The notes beneath the pieces are model-generated. The model was not told where the DNA came from. It did not search any database and saw only the letters and a list, made by a program, of their open reading frames with translations. A stretch of DNA of 64,000 nt, taken from Archangiaceae bacterium (GTDB lineage: Bacteria; Myxococcota; Myxococcia; Myxococcales; Myxococcaceae). This document shows, in pieces, positions 8,655 to 19,528 of this stretch. The stretch covers positions 253,422 through 317,421 of the forward strand of contig JADJNS010000012.1 in assembly GCA_016714225.1 (NCBI GenBank), written 5' to 3'. A program made the translations under genes and the position numbers. Every line of letters starts with the position of its first letter. Position 1 is the first letter of the stretch.

Positions 8655-9560
8655 TCACTCCACTTCGATGAGGTACGTGTTCGGCCGGTCGGCGCCCGGG
8701 GTGTGGCACGAGTAGTCGAGCACTCCGGCGTTGGTCGGGGTGCACTCGTAGGCCGCTCCCGGCATGGTGCCCGGGCCGCCGGTCGGCTGGTGCATGCAGC
8801 CGGTGGTCGAGCTGCTGATGTGGATGACGATCGGCACCGCGCCCACGTTGCGGAAGCGCAGCAGCGTGCCGCGGCGCACCTTGGTGCGGCTGGGCGGGCC
8901 GTAGACGCAGCCGGTGAGCCCCGCATCGTTCTCTTCGGTGTTGATGTCGACGGTGTACTGGCGCAGCGCCGTGAGGCGCGTCGAGGTGCCGCCGTCGCGC
9001 CCGGCGATGCGGACCTCGGCGTTGGCGGCGAGGTCGACCGCGTCGGTGCCGACGGTGACCGTCGCCTCGGCGGTGACCAGGCCGTCGAGCGGGACGTCGA
9101 GCCCCGCGTCAGAGAGCGTGAAGCTCCACCCCGCGAAGCCCGCGTCGTTGGCCCCGGTCAGCGCGCCGAGCAGGTCGACGCGGCCCGAGAACCCGTTCGA
9201 GGCCAGCGCGGTGACGGTGAACGTCTCGGGTTTGCCCAGCTCGGTCGCGATGACCTCGCGGTCGACGCTGAGCTCGAGCTCGAGCGCGGGCGTCGGCGCC
9301 GCGCCGCCCGCGGTGCCTCCGCTGGCGCCGCCGCTCCCGCCAGCAGACGAGCCTCCGCCGACGCCCGAAGAGCCGCCGCCACCGGCGCGGCCACCGCAGT
9401 CGCAGCTGCCGAAGCCCGACCGGTCTGACAGACACACCTGCGCGCCGCTGCACTGGCCGGGGCCGACGCAGGCGCGGGTGTCTCCCACCCCGCAGGCGTA
9501 TTGAGCCGAGTTGCCGCACGCGGTGAGCGCGAGCGCGAAGCTGAGGGTCGTCAGACGCAT
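8655..9560 (-). CDS. lipoprotein with Cys-rich N-terminal module and Gly/Ser-rich linker, function unknown
   Basis: ATG at 9560 is preceded by AAGAGG. Lipobox LALTAC. Linker GGRAGGGGSSGVGGGSSAGGSGGASGG. Beta-rich C-terminal half. Confidence 0.65.
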   Translation of the reverse strand: MRLTTLSFALALTACGNSAQYACGVGDTRACVGPGQCSGAQVCLSDRSGFGSCDCGGRAGGGGSSGVGGGSSAGGSGGASGGTAGGAAPTPALELELSVDREVIATELGKPETFTVTALASNGFSGRVDLLGALTGANDAGFAGWSFTLSDAGLDVPLDGLVTAEATVTVGTDAVDLAANAEVRIAGRDGGTSTRLTALRQYTVDINTEENDAGLTGCVYGPPSRTKVRRGTLLRFRNVGAVPIVIHISSSTTGCMHQPTGGPGTMPGAAYECTPTNAGVLDYSCHTPGADRPNTYLIEVE

Positions 9561-9592
9561 GGCGCGCCTCTTGTCGCGCTTCGCCGCCCGGG

Positions 9593-10459
9593 TCAATCGA
9601 CGGCGACGACGTGCCGCTGCGACTCGGACCAGGCGGCGAGGCCCACGCCGCACAGCACCACCGCTCCACCGAGCACGCGCGACGGGCTCGGCACCTCGTG
9701 GAGAATGGGAATGGCGAGCAGGGTCGAGAAGATGGGCTCGCCCAGAATGGCGATGGCCACCAGCGCGGCAGAGACGTGCTCGAGCGCCCAGTTGAGCATC
9801 GAGTGGCCGATCAGCTGGGGCACCGCGGCCAGCAGCGCCACGTAGAGCCACTGCTCGGGCGCGAGCGCCGTGAGCGGCGAGCCGGAGACGAGCGCGGCGG
9901 CGAGCAGGCACACGCCGGCCACCGGGTAGACCACGCCCACGTAGGCGGTGACGCCGAGCTTGCGCCGCACCCGCTTGCCGATGCTGAGGTAGGCGGCGGC
10001 GCAGAGCGCTCCGGTGAGCGCCAGCAGATCGCCGAACAGGGCCTGCGCCGAGACCGCGAAGTCGACACCGGCGATCACCACCGTGCCGGCCATCGCCACC
10101 GCCATGCCGGCGACGGTGAGCCGCGGGGGCCGGTCGACCAGCGACACCCAGATGGGCGTGGTGGTGACCAGCGCCACGCTGCTGGCCACGCTGGTGAGGT
10201 CGAGCGAGGTGATCCACGTGCCGAAGTGCACCGCCAGCGCGAGCCCGCTGCAGCAGAGCAGCGCCCAGTCGCGTCGGTCGAGGCGCGCGAGCTCGTCGCG
10301 GTGCCGCGCCATCGCCCACAGCGCCAGCGGCAGGCCCGAGAAGACCATGCGCCAGGCAGCCACGGTGAGCGGCGGTGCGTGCGCGAGGCGAACGAAGATC
10401 GACCCCCACGACACCGCCAGCACACCGAAGAGCAGGCCGACCGCGACGCGCGGCTTCAT
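9593..10459 (-). CDS. DMT-superfamily (EamA-like) permease
   Basis: 288 aa and about 10 hydrophobic helices in a duplicated EamA-like arrangement. The ATG overlaps the glpD stop (ATGA). Confidence 0.8.
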   Translation of the reverse strand: MKPRVAVGLLFGVLAVSWGSIFVRLAHAPPLTVAAWRMVFSGLPLALWAMARHRDELARLDRRDWALLCCSGLALAVHFGTWITSLDLTSVASSVALVTTTPIWVSLVDRPPRLTVAGMAVAMAGTVVIAGVDFAVSAQALFGDLLALTGALCAAAYLSIGKRVRRKLGVTAYVGVVYPVAGVCLLAAALVSGSPLTALAPEQWLYVALLAAVPQLIGHSMLNWALEHVSAALVAIAILGEPIFSTLLAIPILHEVPSPSRVLGGAVVLCGVGLAAWSESQRHVVAVD

Positions 10460-12111
10460 GCCTGCTTGAAGCGCCGGCTGCGCTCGACCACCGCGCGGTA
10501 GGCACCGAGCTCGGCCTGGCGCCGCGCCTCGTCCCACCCCAGCTTCTTCGCCATGCGCTGCGAGACCGGGTCGGCTGCGGCGAGGCCCTGGTCGCGCCCG
10601 CGGAGCAGCAGCGGCACGCGGCGCGACAGCACGTCGTCGAGGGTGGCGGCGAGCTCGACGTCGACCGCCTCGTCGACCTGCGCGGCCAGAAAGGGCAGCT
10701 CGGCGTCGAGGCGCTCTGACGCGGTGGCGTCGCCGGCGATGCGGTCGGCGACGGTGGCTCCGCGAATGCCGTAGGTCGAGGTGAGGTTCTCGGCCACGTC
10801 GTCGCCGAAGCCGCGCAGCGCCTCGCGCCGGGCCTGCAGCGCGGCCTCGCTGTCCAGCCCGTTGGCGCCGGGCAGCGGGCGCTTCAGCGTCGAGTGCGGA
10901 CGCATGCCACCCAGCTGCTCGGTGAGCGCGAGGTCGACCAGGTCCTGCGCCATGCGGCGGTAGGTGGTGAGCTTGCCGCCGGCGATGGTGATGAAGCCGG
11001 GCTTCGACTCGACCACGTGCTCGCGCGAGACCTTCGAGGCGTTCACGTCGCTCGAGGGCTTCACCAGCGGCCTCAAGCCCGACCAGGTGGAGAGCACGTC
11101 GTCGAAGGTCAGCTTCGCGTCGGGGCAGTACTTGTTGGCCGTGGCCAAGAGGTACTCGGCGTCGTCGCGGTCGGCGTACACGTCGTCGAGTGAGCCTTCG
11201 TAGAAGGTGTCGGTGGTGCCGATCACCGTTCGACCCAGCCCCCAGGGAATGCAGAACACCACCCGCTGGTCTCGCGGCGCGAACATCAAGAGGGCGTGGT
11301 TCACCGGAAGGCGCTTGCTGTCGACCACCAGGTGCGAGCCGCGCGCGGGCTTGAGCATGCCGGGGTTGCCGGCGAGCGCGCGCACCTCGTCGCTCCACGG
11401 GCCGGTGGCGTTGACCACCAGCCGGGCGCGCACGTCGATGGCGGCCTTGGAGAGCTCGTCGTGCACGGTGAGGCCGATGACGCGGTCGCCCTGGCGCAGC
11501 AGCGCTCCGGCGCGCACGTGGTTCACCGCCACGGCTCCTTGAGCGCGGGCGTCGAGCACGTTCTCGAGGGTGAGGCGGGCGTCGTCGGTGCGGCCGTCGT
11601 GGTAGACGATGCCGCCCTTCAGCCCCTCTCGCTTGATGGCTGGCTCGATCTCGAGCGTGCCGCGGGGGCCGTAGGTGCGGTGCATGCCCAAAGGCGCGCG
11701 GAAGAGGCAGAGGGCCTCGTAGATCCACACGCCGAGGTCGACGGTCATCAACCCGCGGCGGTCGCCCTGGTAGCTGGGCACCAGGAAGGGCAGCGGGCGC
11801 ACCAGGTGTCGCGCGCGCGTCATCAGGAAGTTGCGCTCGTTGACGCTCTCGAAGACCAGCCCGAGCTCGCCGTTCTCGAGGTAGCGCAGGCCGTCGTGCA
11901 CCATCTTCGACGACTTCGACGAGGTGCCGGCGCCGAAGTCGAGCTTCTCGATCAGCGCGACCTTGAGCCCGCGCAGAGACGCGTCGCGGGCGATGCCGGC
12001 GCCGGTGATGCCACCTCCGACGATGGCCAGGTCGAACTGCTCGTCGGCGAGGCGCCGCAGCGCTTCAGATCTTCCGCCGCTTACCGGTGCGTTTGTAGGT
12101 GACGTAGTCAC
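10456..12111 (-). CDS. glpD: FAD-dependent glycerol-3-phosphate dehydrogenase
   Basis: 551 aa. Dinucleotide-binding motif [22 protein letters not shown]. Similar to GlpD throughout. The GTG start overlaps the upstream NUDIX gene by 47 nt, and there is no alternative in-frame start downstream. Confidence 0.85.
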   Translation of the reverse strand: MTTSPTNAPVSGGRSEALRRLADEQFDLAIVGGGITGAGIARDASLRGLKVALIEKLDFGAGTSSKSSKMVHDGLRYLENGELGLVFESVNERNFLMTRARHLVRPLPFLVPSYQGDRRGLMTVDLGVWIYEALCLFRAPLGMHRTYGPRGTLEIEPAIKREGLKGGIVYHDGRTDDARLTLENVLDARAQGAVAVNHVRAGALLRQGDRVIGLTVHDELSKAAIDVRARLVVNATGPWSDEVRALAGNPGMLKPARGSHLVVDSKRLPVNHALLMFAPRDQRVVFCIPWGLGRTVIGTTDTFYEGSLDDVYADRDDAEYLLATANKYCPDAKLTFDDVLSTWSGLRPLVKPSSDVNASKVSREHVVESKPGFITIAGGKLTTYRRMAQDLVDLALTEQLGGMRPHSTLKRPLPGANGLDSEAALQARREALRGFGDDVAENLTSTYGIRGATVADRIAGDATASERLDAELPFLAAQVDEAVDVELAATLDDVLSRRVPLLLRGRDQGLAAADPVSQRMAKKLGWDEARRQAELGAYRAVVERSRRFKQA

Positions 12112-12487
12112 TTAAGATGGTGCCGTGGTCGAAGCACAGCTCGTCGGGGAGCGCGTCGACGGAGAACGCGCGCGCTTCGGCGGCGTCGTCGGAGCCCGTG
12201 GGCTCGCCTTCGGCCCAGCCGATGTAGACGGTAGAGAGGGTGTGCTTGCGCGGGTCGCGCCGGGGGTCGGAGTAGGTGAAGAACTGCTCCGAGAGGTCGA
12301 CCTCGAGGCCGGTCTCTTCTTTGACCTCGCGCACGCAGGCCGCGTGCAGCGTCTCGCCTTCGTCGACGAAGCCGCCCGGCAGCGCCCAGCCCAGCGGGGG
12401 GTTCTTGCGGCGAATCAGCACGATGCGATCGCGCGGCAGCTCGACGATGCAATCGACGGTGGGCGTCGGGTTCTTGAAGGCGGGCAT
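12065..12487 (-). CDS. NUDIX hydrolase
   Basis: 140 aa. Nudix box [24 protein letters not shown]. Confidence 0.85.
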   Translation of the reverse strand: MPAFKNPTPTVDCIVELPRDRIVLIRRKNPPLGWALPGGFVDEGETLHAACVREVKEETGLEVDLSEQFFTYSDPRRDPRKHTLSTVYIGWAEGEPTGSDDAAEARAFSVDALPDELCFDHGTILSDYVTYKRTGKRRKI

Positions 12488-12559
12488 GCGCGCGCCCCAC
12501 GATGTACCTCAGCTTAGATTTCTCTTCCAATGCCCGACCGCCCGCGTTCTGAAGGTGGC

Positions 12560-13234
12560 ATGGCGTTCACCGGTTTTCCGCGTGAGGGCATTCGGTTCTT
12601 TCACGAGCTGGCGATGCGGCAGGATCGCGAGTGGTTCAAGGAGAACAAGGCCGAGTACGTGCGGCTGTGGGAGCAGCCGATGAAGGAGCTGCTCGCCGAC
12701 GTCTCTGGGGCCCTGAGCAAGCAGTACCGGAGGTGGAAGCTCTCGCCGCCGAAGGTGATGCGCATCTACCGCGACGTGCGGTTCTCGAAAGACAAGAGCC
12801 CCTTCAAGACCCACGTGGCGGGGACGATCTCGTTTCCCGGGGGCGACGAGGCCGGCGCTCCCGCGGCGCTCTACCTGCACCTGGGCCGCGAAGAGATCGT
12901 GGCGGCCGGGCACTGGATGCTGCCCACCGATCGGCTGAAGCGCTTTCGCGCGCTGGTGAACGACGAGAAGACCGGCCGCGAGCTCGAGAAGCGGGTGGTG
13001 GCGCTCGAGAAGCGGGGCTTTCAGGTGACCGGCTTCGAGGCGCTCAAGCGGGTGCCCCCGCCGTACGACAAAGAGCACCCGCGCGCGCGGTTCTTGAAGC
13101 TGAAGGGGCTGGGCCTCGCGGCGCCCAAGGTGCCGACCGCGGTGCGCAACTCGCCCAAGCTCGCGAAGTGGGTCGTCGAGCAGTCGGCGCAGCTCGCGCC
13201 GGTGGTGGGCTGGCTGGAGGAGCGTCTGTCATGA
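12560..13234 (+). CDS. DUF2461/TIGR02453-family protein
   Basis: [33 protein letters not shown] resembles the family N-terminus as I recall it. An alternative upstream start lies at 12530. The stop overlaps the acs start (ATGA). Confidence 0.6.
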   Translation: MAFTGFPREGIRFFHELAMRQDREWFKENKAEYVRLWEQPMKELLADVSGALSKQYRRWKLSPPKVMRIYRDVRFSKDKSPFKTHVAGTISFPGGDEAGAPAALYLHLGREEIVAAGHWMLPTDRLKRFRALVNDEKTGRELEKRVVALEKRGFQVTGFEALKRVPPPYDKEHPRARFLKLKGLGLAAPKVPTAVRNSPKLAKWVVEQSAQLAPVVGWLEERLS

Positions 13235-15168
13235 GCATCGAGTCCGTGCTGCAAGAGAACCGGGTCTTCGCTCCGCCCGAGGGGTTCGCGGCGCGCGCGC
13301 ACATCAAGAGCCTGGCCGAGTACCGCAAGCTCTACGCCGAGGCAGAACGAGACCCTGACGCATACTGGGCGGCCCGCGCGAACGAAGAGCTGCACTGGCA
13401 GACCCCGTTCACGAAGGTCAGCGAGTGGCAGGCGCCGCACGCGAAGTGGTTTCTCGGCGGCAAGACCAACCTCTCGTACAACTGCCTCGACCGGCACCTC
13501 GAGAAGCGCGGCGACCACCTCGCGCTGCGCTTCGAAGGCGAGCCGAAAGACTCGCTCACGCTCACGTACCGCGAGCTGCACGCGCGGGTGTGCCGGCTGG
13601 CGAACGCGCTCAAGGCCCTGGGCGTGAAGCCGGGAGATCGGGTGGGCATCTACCTGCCGATGACCTCGGAGGCGGTGATCGCGATGCTCGCCTGCGCGCG
13701 CATCGGCGCGGTGCACTCGGTGGTGTTCGGCGGGTTCTCGGCCGAGGCGCTGAGAGATCGCATGGCCGACGCGGGCGCCAAGGTGCTGCTCACCGCCGAC
13801 GGCGGCTGGCGCAAGGGCGGGGTGGTGCCGCTGCTCGAGAACGTGCGCGCCGCGGTGGCCGCGGGCATACCCTCGCTGCAGAAGGTGGTGGTGGCGCAGC
13901 GCACCGGCGTGTCGCTCGAGCTCAAGGGCAACGAGGTGGGGTGGAACGCGCTGTGCGAGAAGCAGCCGGCGACCTGCGAGCCCGAGTGGGTCGACAGCGA
14001 GCACCCGCTGTTCATTCTCTACACCTCGGGCTCGACCGGTAAGCCGAAGGGCGTGCTGCACACCACGGCCGGCTACGGCATGTGGGCGTCGCTGACCTCG
14101 CGCTGGGTGTTCGACCTGCGCCACGACGACGTCTACTGGTGCACCGCCGACGTGGGCTGGGTGACCGGCCACTCGTACGTGGTCTACGGCCCGCTGATGA
14201 ACGGCGTGACGGTGGTGATGTACGAGGGCGCGCCGACGACTCCGGGGCCCGACCGCTTCTGGGACATCATCGAGCGGCACCGGGTGACGATTCTGTACAC
14301 CGCGCCCACCGCGATTCGCGCCTTCATGCGGCTGGGCGACGAGCACGTGAAGAAGCACGACCTGCGCTCGCTGCGGCTGTTGGGCTCGGTGGGTGAGCCG
14401 ATCAACCCCGAAGCGTGGATGTGGTACCGCGACGTGGTGGGCGGCGGGCGCTGCCCGGTGGTCGACACCTGGTGGCAGACCGAGACGGGTGGCATTCTGG
14501 TCACCCCGCTGCCCGGCGCGACGCCCACCAAGCCGGGCTCGGCGACGCTGCCGCTGCCGGGCATTCACCCCGCGGTGCTCGACGACCACGGGCAGAAGGT
14601 CGAGCAGGGCGGCGGCAAGCTGTTCGTGGTGAAGCCGTGGCCGTCGATGCTGCGCACCATCTGGGGCGACGACGCGCGCTTCAAGACCACCTACTTCAGC
14701 GAGCGCGAGGGCCTCTACTTCACCGGTGACGGCGCGCGTGTCGACGCCGACGGGTACCTGTGGCTGATGGGCCGGGTCGACGACGTGGTGAACGTGGCCG
14801 GGCATCGGCTGGGCACCGCCGAGGTCGAGAGCGCGCTGGTGAGCGAGGGGCGGGTGGCCGAGGCCGCGGTGGTGGGGCGGCCCGACGACCTGAAGGGCAC
14901 CGCGCTGGTGGCGTTCGTGACGCTGAAGGCCGGGGTCGAGGCGGGCGACGAGATGAAGGCCGCGCTGCTCAAGCACGTGGGCAAGGAGATCGGCGCCATC
15001 GCCCGGCCCGACGAGATTCGGTTCGCCTCCGCGCTGCCCAAGACCCGGTCGGGGAAGATCATGCGGCGCCTCTTGCGCGACGTGGCCGCCGGCAAGGACT
15101 CGAAGCAAGACACCACCACGCTCGAAGACCTGAGCGTGCTGGCGGCGCTGCGCAACGACGAAGAGTAG
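13231..15168 (+). CDS. acs: acetyl-CoA synthetase
   Basis: 645 aa. Canonical Acs N-terminus ([13 protein letters not shown]...[17 protein letters not shown]), AMP-binding motif [11 protein letters not shown], and C-terminal SGKIMRR. Confidence 0.95.
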   Translation: MSIESVLQENRVFAPPEGFAARAHIKSLAEYRKLYAEAERDPDAYWAARANEELHWQTPFTKVSEWQAPHAKWFLGGKTNLSYNCLDRHLEKRGDHLALRFEGEPKDSLTLTYRELHARVCRLANALKALGVKPGDRVGIYLPMTSEAVIAMLACARIGAVHSVVFGGFSAEALRDRMADAGAKVLLTADGGWRKGGVVPLLENVRAAVAAGIPSLQKVVVAQRTGVSLELKGNEVGWNALCEKQPATCEPEWVDSEHPLFILYTSGSTGKPKGVLHTTAGYGMWASLTSRWVFDLRHDDVYWCTADVGWVTGHSYVVYGPLMNGVTVVMYEGAPTTPGPDRFWDIIERHRVTILYTAPTAIRAFMRLGDEHVKKHDLRSLRLLGSVGEPINPEAWMWYRDVVGGGRCPVVDTWWQTETGGILVTPLPGATPTKPGSATLPLPGIHPAVLDDHGQKVEQGGGKLFVVKPWPSMLRTIWGDDARFKTTYFSEREGLYFTGDGARVDADGYLWLMGRVDDVVNVAGHRLGTAEVESALVSEGRVAEAAVVGRPDDLKGTALVAFVTLKAGVEAGDEMKAALLKHVGKEIGAIARPDEIRFASALPKTRSGKIMRRLLRDVAAGKDSKQDTTTLEDLSVLAALRNDEE

Positions 15169-15619
15169 GCGGGGGCGGCGGGGCTGTGCGCCCCAGAGGG
15201 GCCTGTGGCGACGTGCCGGTCGTCAGTGCGCGATGGCTGACAGGGGACAGTGGGCCTGGCGCGCGCCCAGCTCGCAGCGCGCGACCCGAGAGCCTACGGG
15301 TGTGGCGGAGGGTCCTCGTCGCGCGTGGGTGCCGTGACTGACGTGGGAGTGTTTCGCTGCGATGGCTGGGTGCAAACACTCCCAGCTCGTGGCGGCGACG
15401 GCGGTCAGGGCTTGCGTGGCGCGCACCTCGTCACCGAGCCGTCATGCGCTTTTTCGACCGAGGGGTCTGCCGCGAGGGGCTACCCGCAGTGCTCAAGGGG
15501 CCAGCGCCCACGCTCGGTGCCGCCGCGCTGCTCGAGCCGAGAAAGCGCTCCAAACGTACCCAGACGCGCTTCCCCGCTCGGCCAAAAAACGACCGCGGGG
15601 CGTAGTAGGAAGGGCCGCC

Positions 15620-16561
15620 GTGCTGAACCCTCCGCCGCGCACGCCGGAAGAGACCGTTCCCTGCTGCCTGCCGGAGCAGCCGCGGCGCCTGCTGCCCTCG
15701 CCTGCGCTGAACGACCCCGAGGGCGAGCGCCTCGACCCGGGGTTGCCCGAGGTCATCGACGCGCACGTGCACCTGTTCCCCGAGCGCGTGTTTCGCGCCA
15801 TCTGGCGCTGGTTCGGAGAGCACGGCTGGCCGATTCGCTACCCGCTCACCGCCGACCTGGTGACCCGGTTCCTCTTCGAGCGGGGCGTCTCACGGCTGGT
15901 GGCGCTGCACTACGCGCACAAGCCCGGCATCGCCCGCGACCTGAACGACTTCGTGGCGGGGCTGGCCGCCGCCGACCCGCGCATCATCGGCACCGCCACG
16001 GTCTACCCCGGTGAGCCCGGCGCGCCGCAGATTCTGCGCGAGGCGTTCGCCCAGGGGCTGCGCGGGGTGAAGCTGCACTGCCACGTGCAGGCGTTCGCTC
16101 CCGACGACCCGCGGCTGCACGAGATCTACGCGACCTGCGCCGAGGCGGGCGTGCCGCTGGTGATGCACTCGGGCCGCGAGCCGAGCAGCCCCGCCTACCC
16201 GGTCGACGTCTACCGGCTGTGCGCCGCCGAGCGGGTCGATCGGGTGCTGAAAGACCACCCCCGGCTCACCCTCTGCGTGCCGCACCTGGGGGCCGACGAG
16301 TTCGACGCGTACGCCGACCTGCTCGAGCGGCACGAGAACCTCTGGCTCGACACCACCATGATGGCGGCGGCGTACTTCCCGGTCGAGGTGCCGCGGCGGG
16401 TGCTCGACGTGCGCCCCGAGCGCGTCATCTTCGGCACCGATTTTCCCAACCTGCCCTACGCGTGGGACCGCGAGGTGAAGCAGCTCAGGCGAATGAACCT
16501 CTCGGACGAGCGGCTGGGCGCGCTGCTCGGCGGCAACGTGCGCCGGCTCTATGGGCTCTAG
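15620..16561 (+). CDS. metal-dependent amidohydrolase (amidohydrolase-2/TIM-barrel family)
   Basis: GTG at 15620 is preceded by GGAAGGG. VIDAHVHLFP metal-binding motif, GVKLHCHVQ, VPLVMHSG, FGTDFP. The upstream part of the long ORF has poor coding character. Confidence 0.6.
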   Translation: MLNPPPRTPEETVPCCLPEQPRRLLPSPALNDPEGERLDPGLPEVIDAHVHLFPERVFRAIWRWFGEHGWPIRYPLTADLVTRFLFERGVSRLVALHYAHKPGIARDLNDFVAGLAAADPRIIGTATVYPGEPGAPQILREAFAQGLRGVKLHCHVQAFAPDDPRLHEIYATCAEAGVPLVMHSGREPSSPAYPVDVYRLCAAERVDRVLKDHPRLTLCVPHLGADEFDAYADLLERHENLWLDTTMMAAAYFPVEVPRRVLDVRPERVIFGTDFPNLPYAWDREVKQLRRMNLSDERLGALLGGNVRRLYGL

Positions 16562-17096
16562 CTGGCTCGCTGGCGTCGCGCTGCTGCTGCTCGCCGCGCG
16601 GCCCGACCTGCACGGCGCCGCCGAGCTGGGCGCGGTCGGCGCGGCCCCCTTCGAGACCGCGGGCCTGAGCCCCGAGGTCACGGTGCGCGCCTACGTCGAG
16701 CTGAACTTGAGCTCGCGCTTCGCGGTGGGAGTCATCGCCCCGGTGAGCGTGGGCTTCTACAGCGCCAGCCACGCGGCGGTGCCGACCAGCTTCGAGGTGA
16801 TCGATCTCACTCCGGGGCCCCGGGTGAGGCTCAACCTCACCGGCTGGCTGGCCGCCGCGCTCGAGCTGGGCATCGGCCCCACCATCTTCCAGATGCGCAC
16901 CTTCGTGCCGCTCTACGGCACGCAAGACGACACCCGGGCGTACTTCGCCGCGCGCGCCGCGCTCGAGCTCGAGGTCGCGCCGCCGCAGCTCGAGGGCTTC
17001 ATGTTCTGGGTCGAGCCGGCGGCGCTCCACGCGCGTTTCGCCTCGGCGGCGTTCTCGGAATACGCGTGCGGGGTGGGCATCGGCTACCGCCGGTAG
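16551..17096 (+). CDS. exported hypothetical protein (small beta-barrel-like)
   Basis: 181 aa. Signal peptide MGSSWLAGVALLLLAARP. Overlaps the upstream gene by 11 nt. Alternating hydrophobic strands. Confidence 0.5.
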   Translation: MGSSWLAGVALLLLAARPDLHGAAELGAVGAAPFETAGLSPEVTVRAYVELNLSSRFAVGVIAPVSVGFYSASHAAVPTSFEVIDLTPGPRVRLNLTGWLAAALELGIGPTIFQMRTFVPLYGTQDDTRAYFAARAALELEVAPPQLEGFMFWVEPAALHARFASAAFSEYACGVGIGYRR

Positions 17097-17136
17097 TTCT
17101 TGCCCCTCTCCGCAGAACCGGCAAAGTCTTGGCTCC

Positions 17137-17658
17137 ATGCTCGACAAGCGACCCAACTCGCTCATCACTTTTCTGCGGGGCGTGCCGGTGCTCGGCGGCC
17201 TCGAGGGACATTCGCTCGAGAACCTGATCGACCTGCTCGAGGAGCGCACCTTCAGGCCCGGCGAGGCGATCTTCAACGAAGGTGAGCTGGGCCGCACCAT
17301 GTACGTGCTGCGCGAGGGCGAGGTGACGGTCTCCCGCCGCAGCGCCGAGGGCAAGCAGACGGTGATCGTCGACCTGGGCGCCGGTGAGACCTTCGGTGAG
17401 ATGACGCTGGTCGAGCTTCAGCCGCGGTCGGCGACGGTGGTGGCGAAGACGAAGTGCATCACCTACTCGCTGACCAACATGGACCTGTACCACCTCTACC
17501 AGCAGGACAATTACGCGTACGTCATCATCTTGCAGAACATCTGCCGCATGCTGTCGCGGCGGCTGCGCAAGGCCGACGGCCGCATCGTCGAGTTCCTCGC
17601 CAACGGCGCCAGCGAGAGCGGCGCCAAGGGCAAGGCGAAGGCGAAGAAGAGGAAGTAG
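17137..17658 (+). CDS. cyclic-nucleotide-binding domain protein (no DNA-binding domain) with polybasic tail
   Basis: cNMP-binding pattern FRPGEAIFNEGELGRTMYVLREGEV...GETFGEMTLV...RSATVVA. C-terminal GAKGKAKAKKRK. Confidence 0.75.
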   Translation: MLDKRPNSLITFLRGVPVLGGLEGHSLENLIDLLEERTFRPGEAIFNEGELGRTMYVLREGEVTVSRRSAEGKQTVIVDLGAGETFGEMTLVELQPRSATVVAKTKCITYSLTNMDLYHLYQQDNYAYVIILQNICRMLSRRLRKADGRIVEFLANGASESGAKGKAKAKKRK

Positions 17659-18282
17659 ATGTTCACCGGCCTGGTCGCGCAGATCGGCACCGTCGAGCGG
17701 GTCGAGCAGTCGGGCATGACCGACGTCTGGGTGGCGAGCACCTTCGACGCCCTGGTGCTGGGCGAGTCGATCGCCTGCGACGGCTGCTGCCTCACCGTGG
17801 TCGAGGCGCGCGGCGGCTCTTTCAAGGTGCAGGCGAGCCCCGAGACGCTGCGCCGCACCACCCTGAGCGGGTGGAAGACGGGCACCCGGCTCAACCTCGA
17901 GCGCGCGCTGCGGGTGGGAGACCGCCTGGGCGGGCACTGGGTGCAGGGCCACGTCGACGCGGTGGCGCAGGTGCTGGCCGCGCGGCCCGAGGGCGGCTCG
18001 CGGGTGATGGCCTTCGAGCTGCCCGCTGCGCTGGCGCCGTTCTTCATCGAGAAGGGCAGCGTGACCATCGACGGCATCAGCCTCACCGTGAACGCCGTCG
18101 AAGCGACGCAGTTCTCGGTGGCGCTGATTCCCGAGACGGTGGCGCGCACCACGCTGGGCGCCAAGGGCCCGGGCGCGCAGGTGAACCTCGAGGCCGACCT
18201 GGTCGGCAAGTACGTGGCGCGCCAGCAGCAGCTCGAGGTCGGCGGGCTCACCGAAGAGTCGCTGCGCAAGGCGGGGTTCTAG
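17659..18282 (+). CDS. ribE: riboflavin synthase alpha chain
   Basis: MFTGLVAQIGTV..., CDGCCLTVV and a second lumazine-binding repeat (GSVTIDGISLTV). The ATG immediately follows the upstream stop. Confidence 0.9.
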   Translation: MFTGLVAQIGTVERVEQSGMTDVWVASTFDALVLGESIACDGCCLTVVEARGGSFKVQASPETLRRTTLSGWKTGTRLNLERALRVGDRLGGHWVQGHVDAVAQVLAARPEGGSRVMAFELPAALAPFFIEKGSVTIDGISLTVNAVEATQFSVALIPETVARTTLGAKGPGAQVNLEADLVGKYVARQQQLEVGGLTEESLRKAGF

Positions 18283-18334
18283 AGAGGCGGGCCGCGCACC
18301 GCGCGCGGGCGGGGCGTTCGGCTATTCTCTGCTG

Positions 18335-19456
18335 ATGCTCCGCTCGCTGCTGTGCCTCGCGCTGGCTGGCACCCGGGTTCTGCAGCACGACACCTTCACC
18401 GGGTCCGGGCCGGTGGGCAGCGGTGTCTTCTTCTCCGAGTACGAGGGCGCGGCGGTGCTGTTCATGCCCGACGGCGGCTACCCGGTCACGCTGCTCGGCT
18501 TCGACGTGCTGTCGGTCACCTACAACAACGGGCCGTCGGGGGCCGCAGCGGCGTACCAGCTCGACGTGTGGGACGAGCGCGGAGGGCGGGTCGACCCGCC
18601 GAAGACCTTCGACGGCGGCCGCTACGCGCCCGTGGCGCAGACCTTCGTGCAGCTCACCACGTCGACCTCGCAGCTCAACCGGATCTTACTGCCGCAGCCG
18701 GTGACGGTGACCGCAGGGAGCATCTTCGTGAGCCTGGGCGAGCAGCTCTCGACCGCCGACGACAACGCGACCGTGGCGCTCGACCCCGGGCCGCTGGTGC
18801 CCGGGGTGAACTGGTACCGAGACGCGGTCGGCAACTTCACCCGCATCGACCTCCCCGACGGCGGGTTCTTCAACGGCATCACCCGGAACTGGGTCTTCCG
18901 CGCCGTGCTCGACGCGCCTGACGCAGGCACCGGCGCGGGAGGCGGAGGCGGAGGCACGGGCGGAGCGAGCGGCGGCTCGGCGGGGGGCGCGACCGCAGGC
19001 GGGGGCGGCACCGCAGGGGGGGCGCAGGGCGGCGGAGCGCAGGGCGGTGGCGCGGGCGGCGGCACGGCAGGCGGGGCCGCGGGCGGAGAGGCCGGCGCGG
19101 TGCGCGTCGACGACATCACCCCGTCGGAAGGCAGCGCGGCCGAGGCCACGCGGGTGGTGCTCACCGGCAGCGGCTTCGCGCTCGGGGCGCAGGTGGTGGT
19201 GGGCCCGCAGGTGCTCGAGTTGGTGACGGTGAAGTCGGCGGTGGTGATCAGCGCCGAGGTGCCGGCCGGGCTCGACCCGGGCGTCTACGACGTGACGGTG
19301 ATCAACCTCGACGGCCAGCGCGCCAGGCTGACAGGGGCGTTCACGGTCACCGACGACGTGGCCACGCGGCAGGGCTGCAGCTGCGGGGCCAGCGACGGGC
19401 TGGGCCTGGCGTGGGCGCTGGCGTTGCTGGCGCGGGCCGCCCGCCGCAAGCGCTGA
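18335..19456 (+). CDS. exported protein with Gly-rich linker, IPT/TIG-like domain and MYXO-CTERM-type tail
   Basis: Signal-like N-terminus. Run [21 protein letters not shown].... IPT-like [21 protein letters not shown]...[11 protein letters not shown]. Tail [27 protein letters not shown]. Confidence 0.7.
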   Translation: MLRSLLCLALAGTRVLQHDTFTGSGPVGSGVFFSEYEGAAVLFMPDGGYPVTLLGFDVLSVTYNNGPSGAAAAYQLDVWDERGGRVDPPKTFDGGRYAPVAQTFVQLTTSTSQLNRILLPQPVTVTAGSIFVSLGEQLSTADDNATVALDPGPLVPGVNWYRDAVGNFTRIDLPDGGFFNGITRNWVFRAVLDAPDAGTGAGGGGGGTGGASGGSAGGATAGGGGTAGGAQGGGAQGGGAGGGTAGGAAGGEAGAVRVDDITPSEGSAAEATRVVLTGSGFALGAQVVVGPQVLELVTVKSAVVISAEVPAGLDPGVYDVTVINLDGQRARLTGAFTVTDDVATRQGCSCGASDGLGLAWALALLARAARRKR

Positions 19457-19528
19457 GTCGGCCGATACGCCGGGTTGGTTTGACCGTTGCGTCGCCACAC
19501 GTTTGTGCAAAGAGGGCCCTTGGAACCC

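Noticed and set aside
12065-12111. The 47-nt overlap of the NUDIX gene end with the glpD start as evidence of mis-annotation or a hidden frameshift.
   Set aside because: Both proteins are complete and well formed. glpD has no alternative in-frame start after the NUDIX stop. Such overlaps occur in compact GC-rich operons. The overlap is noted but not pursued.
18931-19095. GGC/GGN-rich DNA tracts (also 9289-9400 on the other strand) as independent microsatellites or G-quadruplex elements.
   Set aside because: They lie in frame inside exported proteins and encode Gly/Ser/Ala-rich linkers between domains. No separate function needs to be invoked, although slippage-driven length variation is possible.
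19457-19528. FMN riboswitch upstream of ribBX (and upstream of ribE).
   Set aside because: The gaps are only ~70 nt and 0 nt. They lack the conserved RFN core segments (e.g. GGGCGGGGTGAAATTCCC...CCGACGGT).
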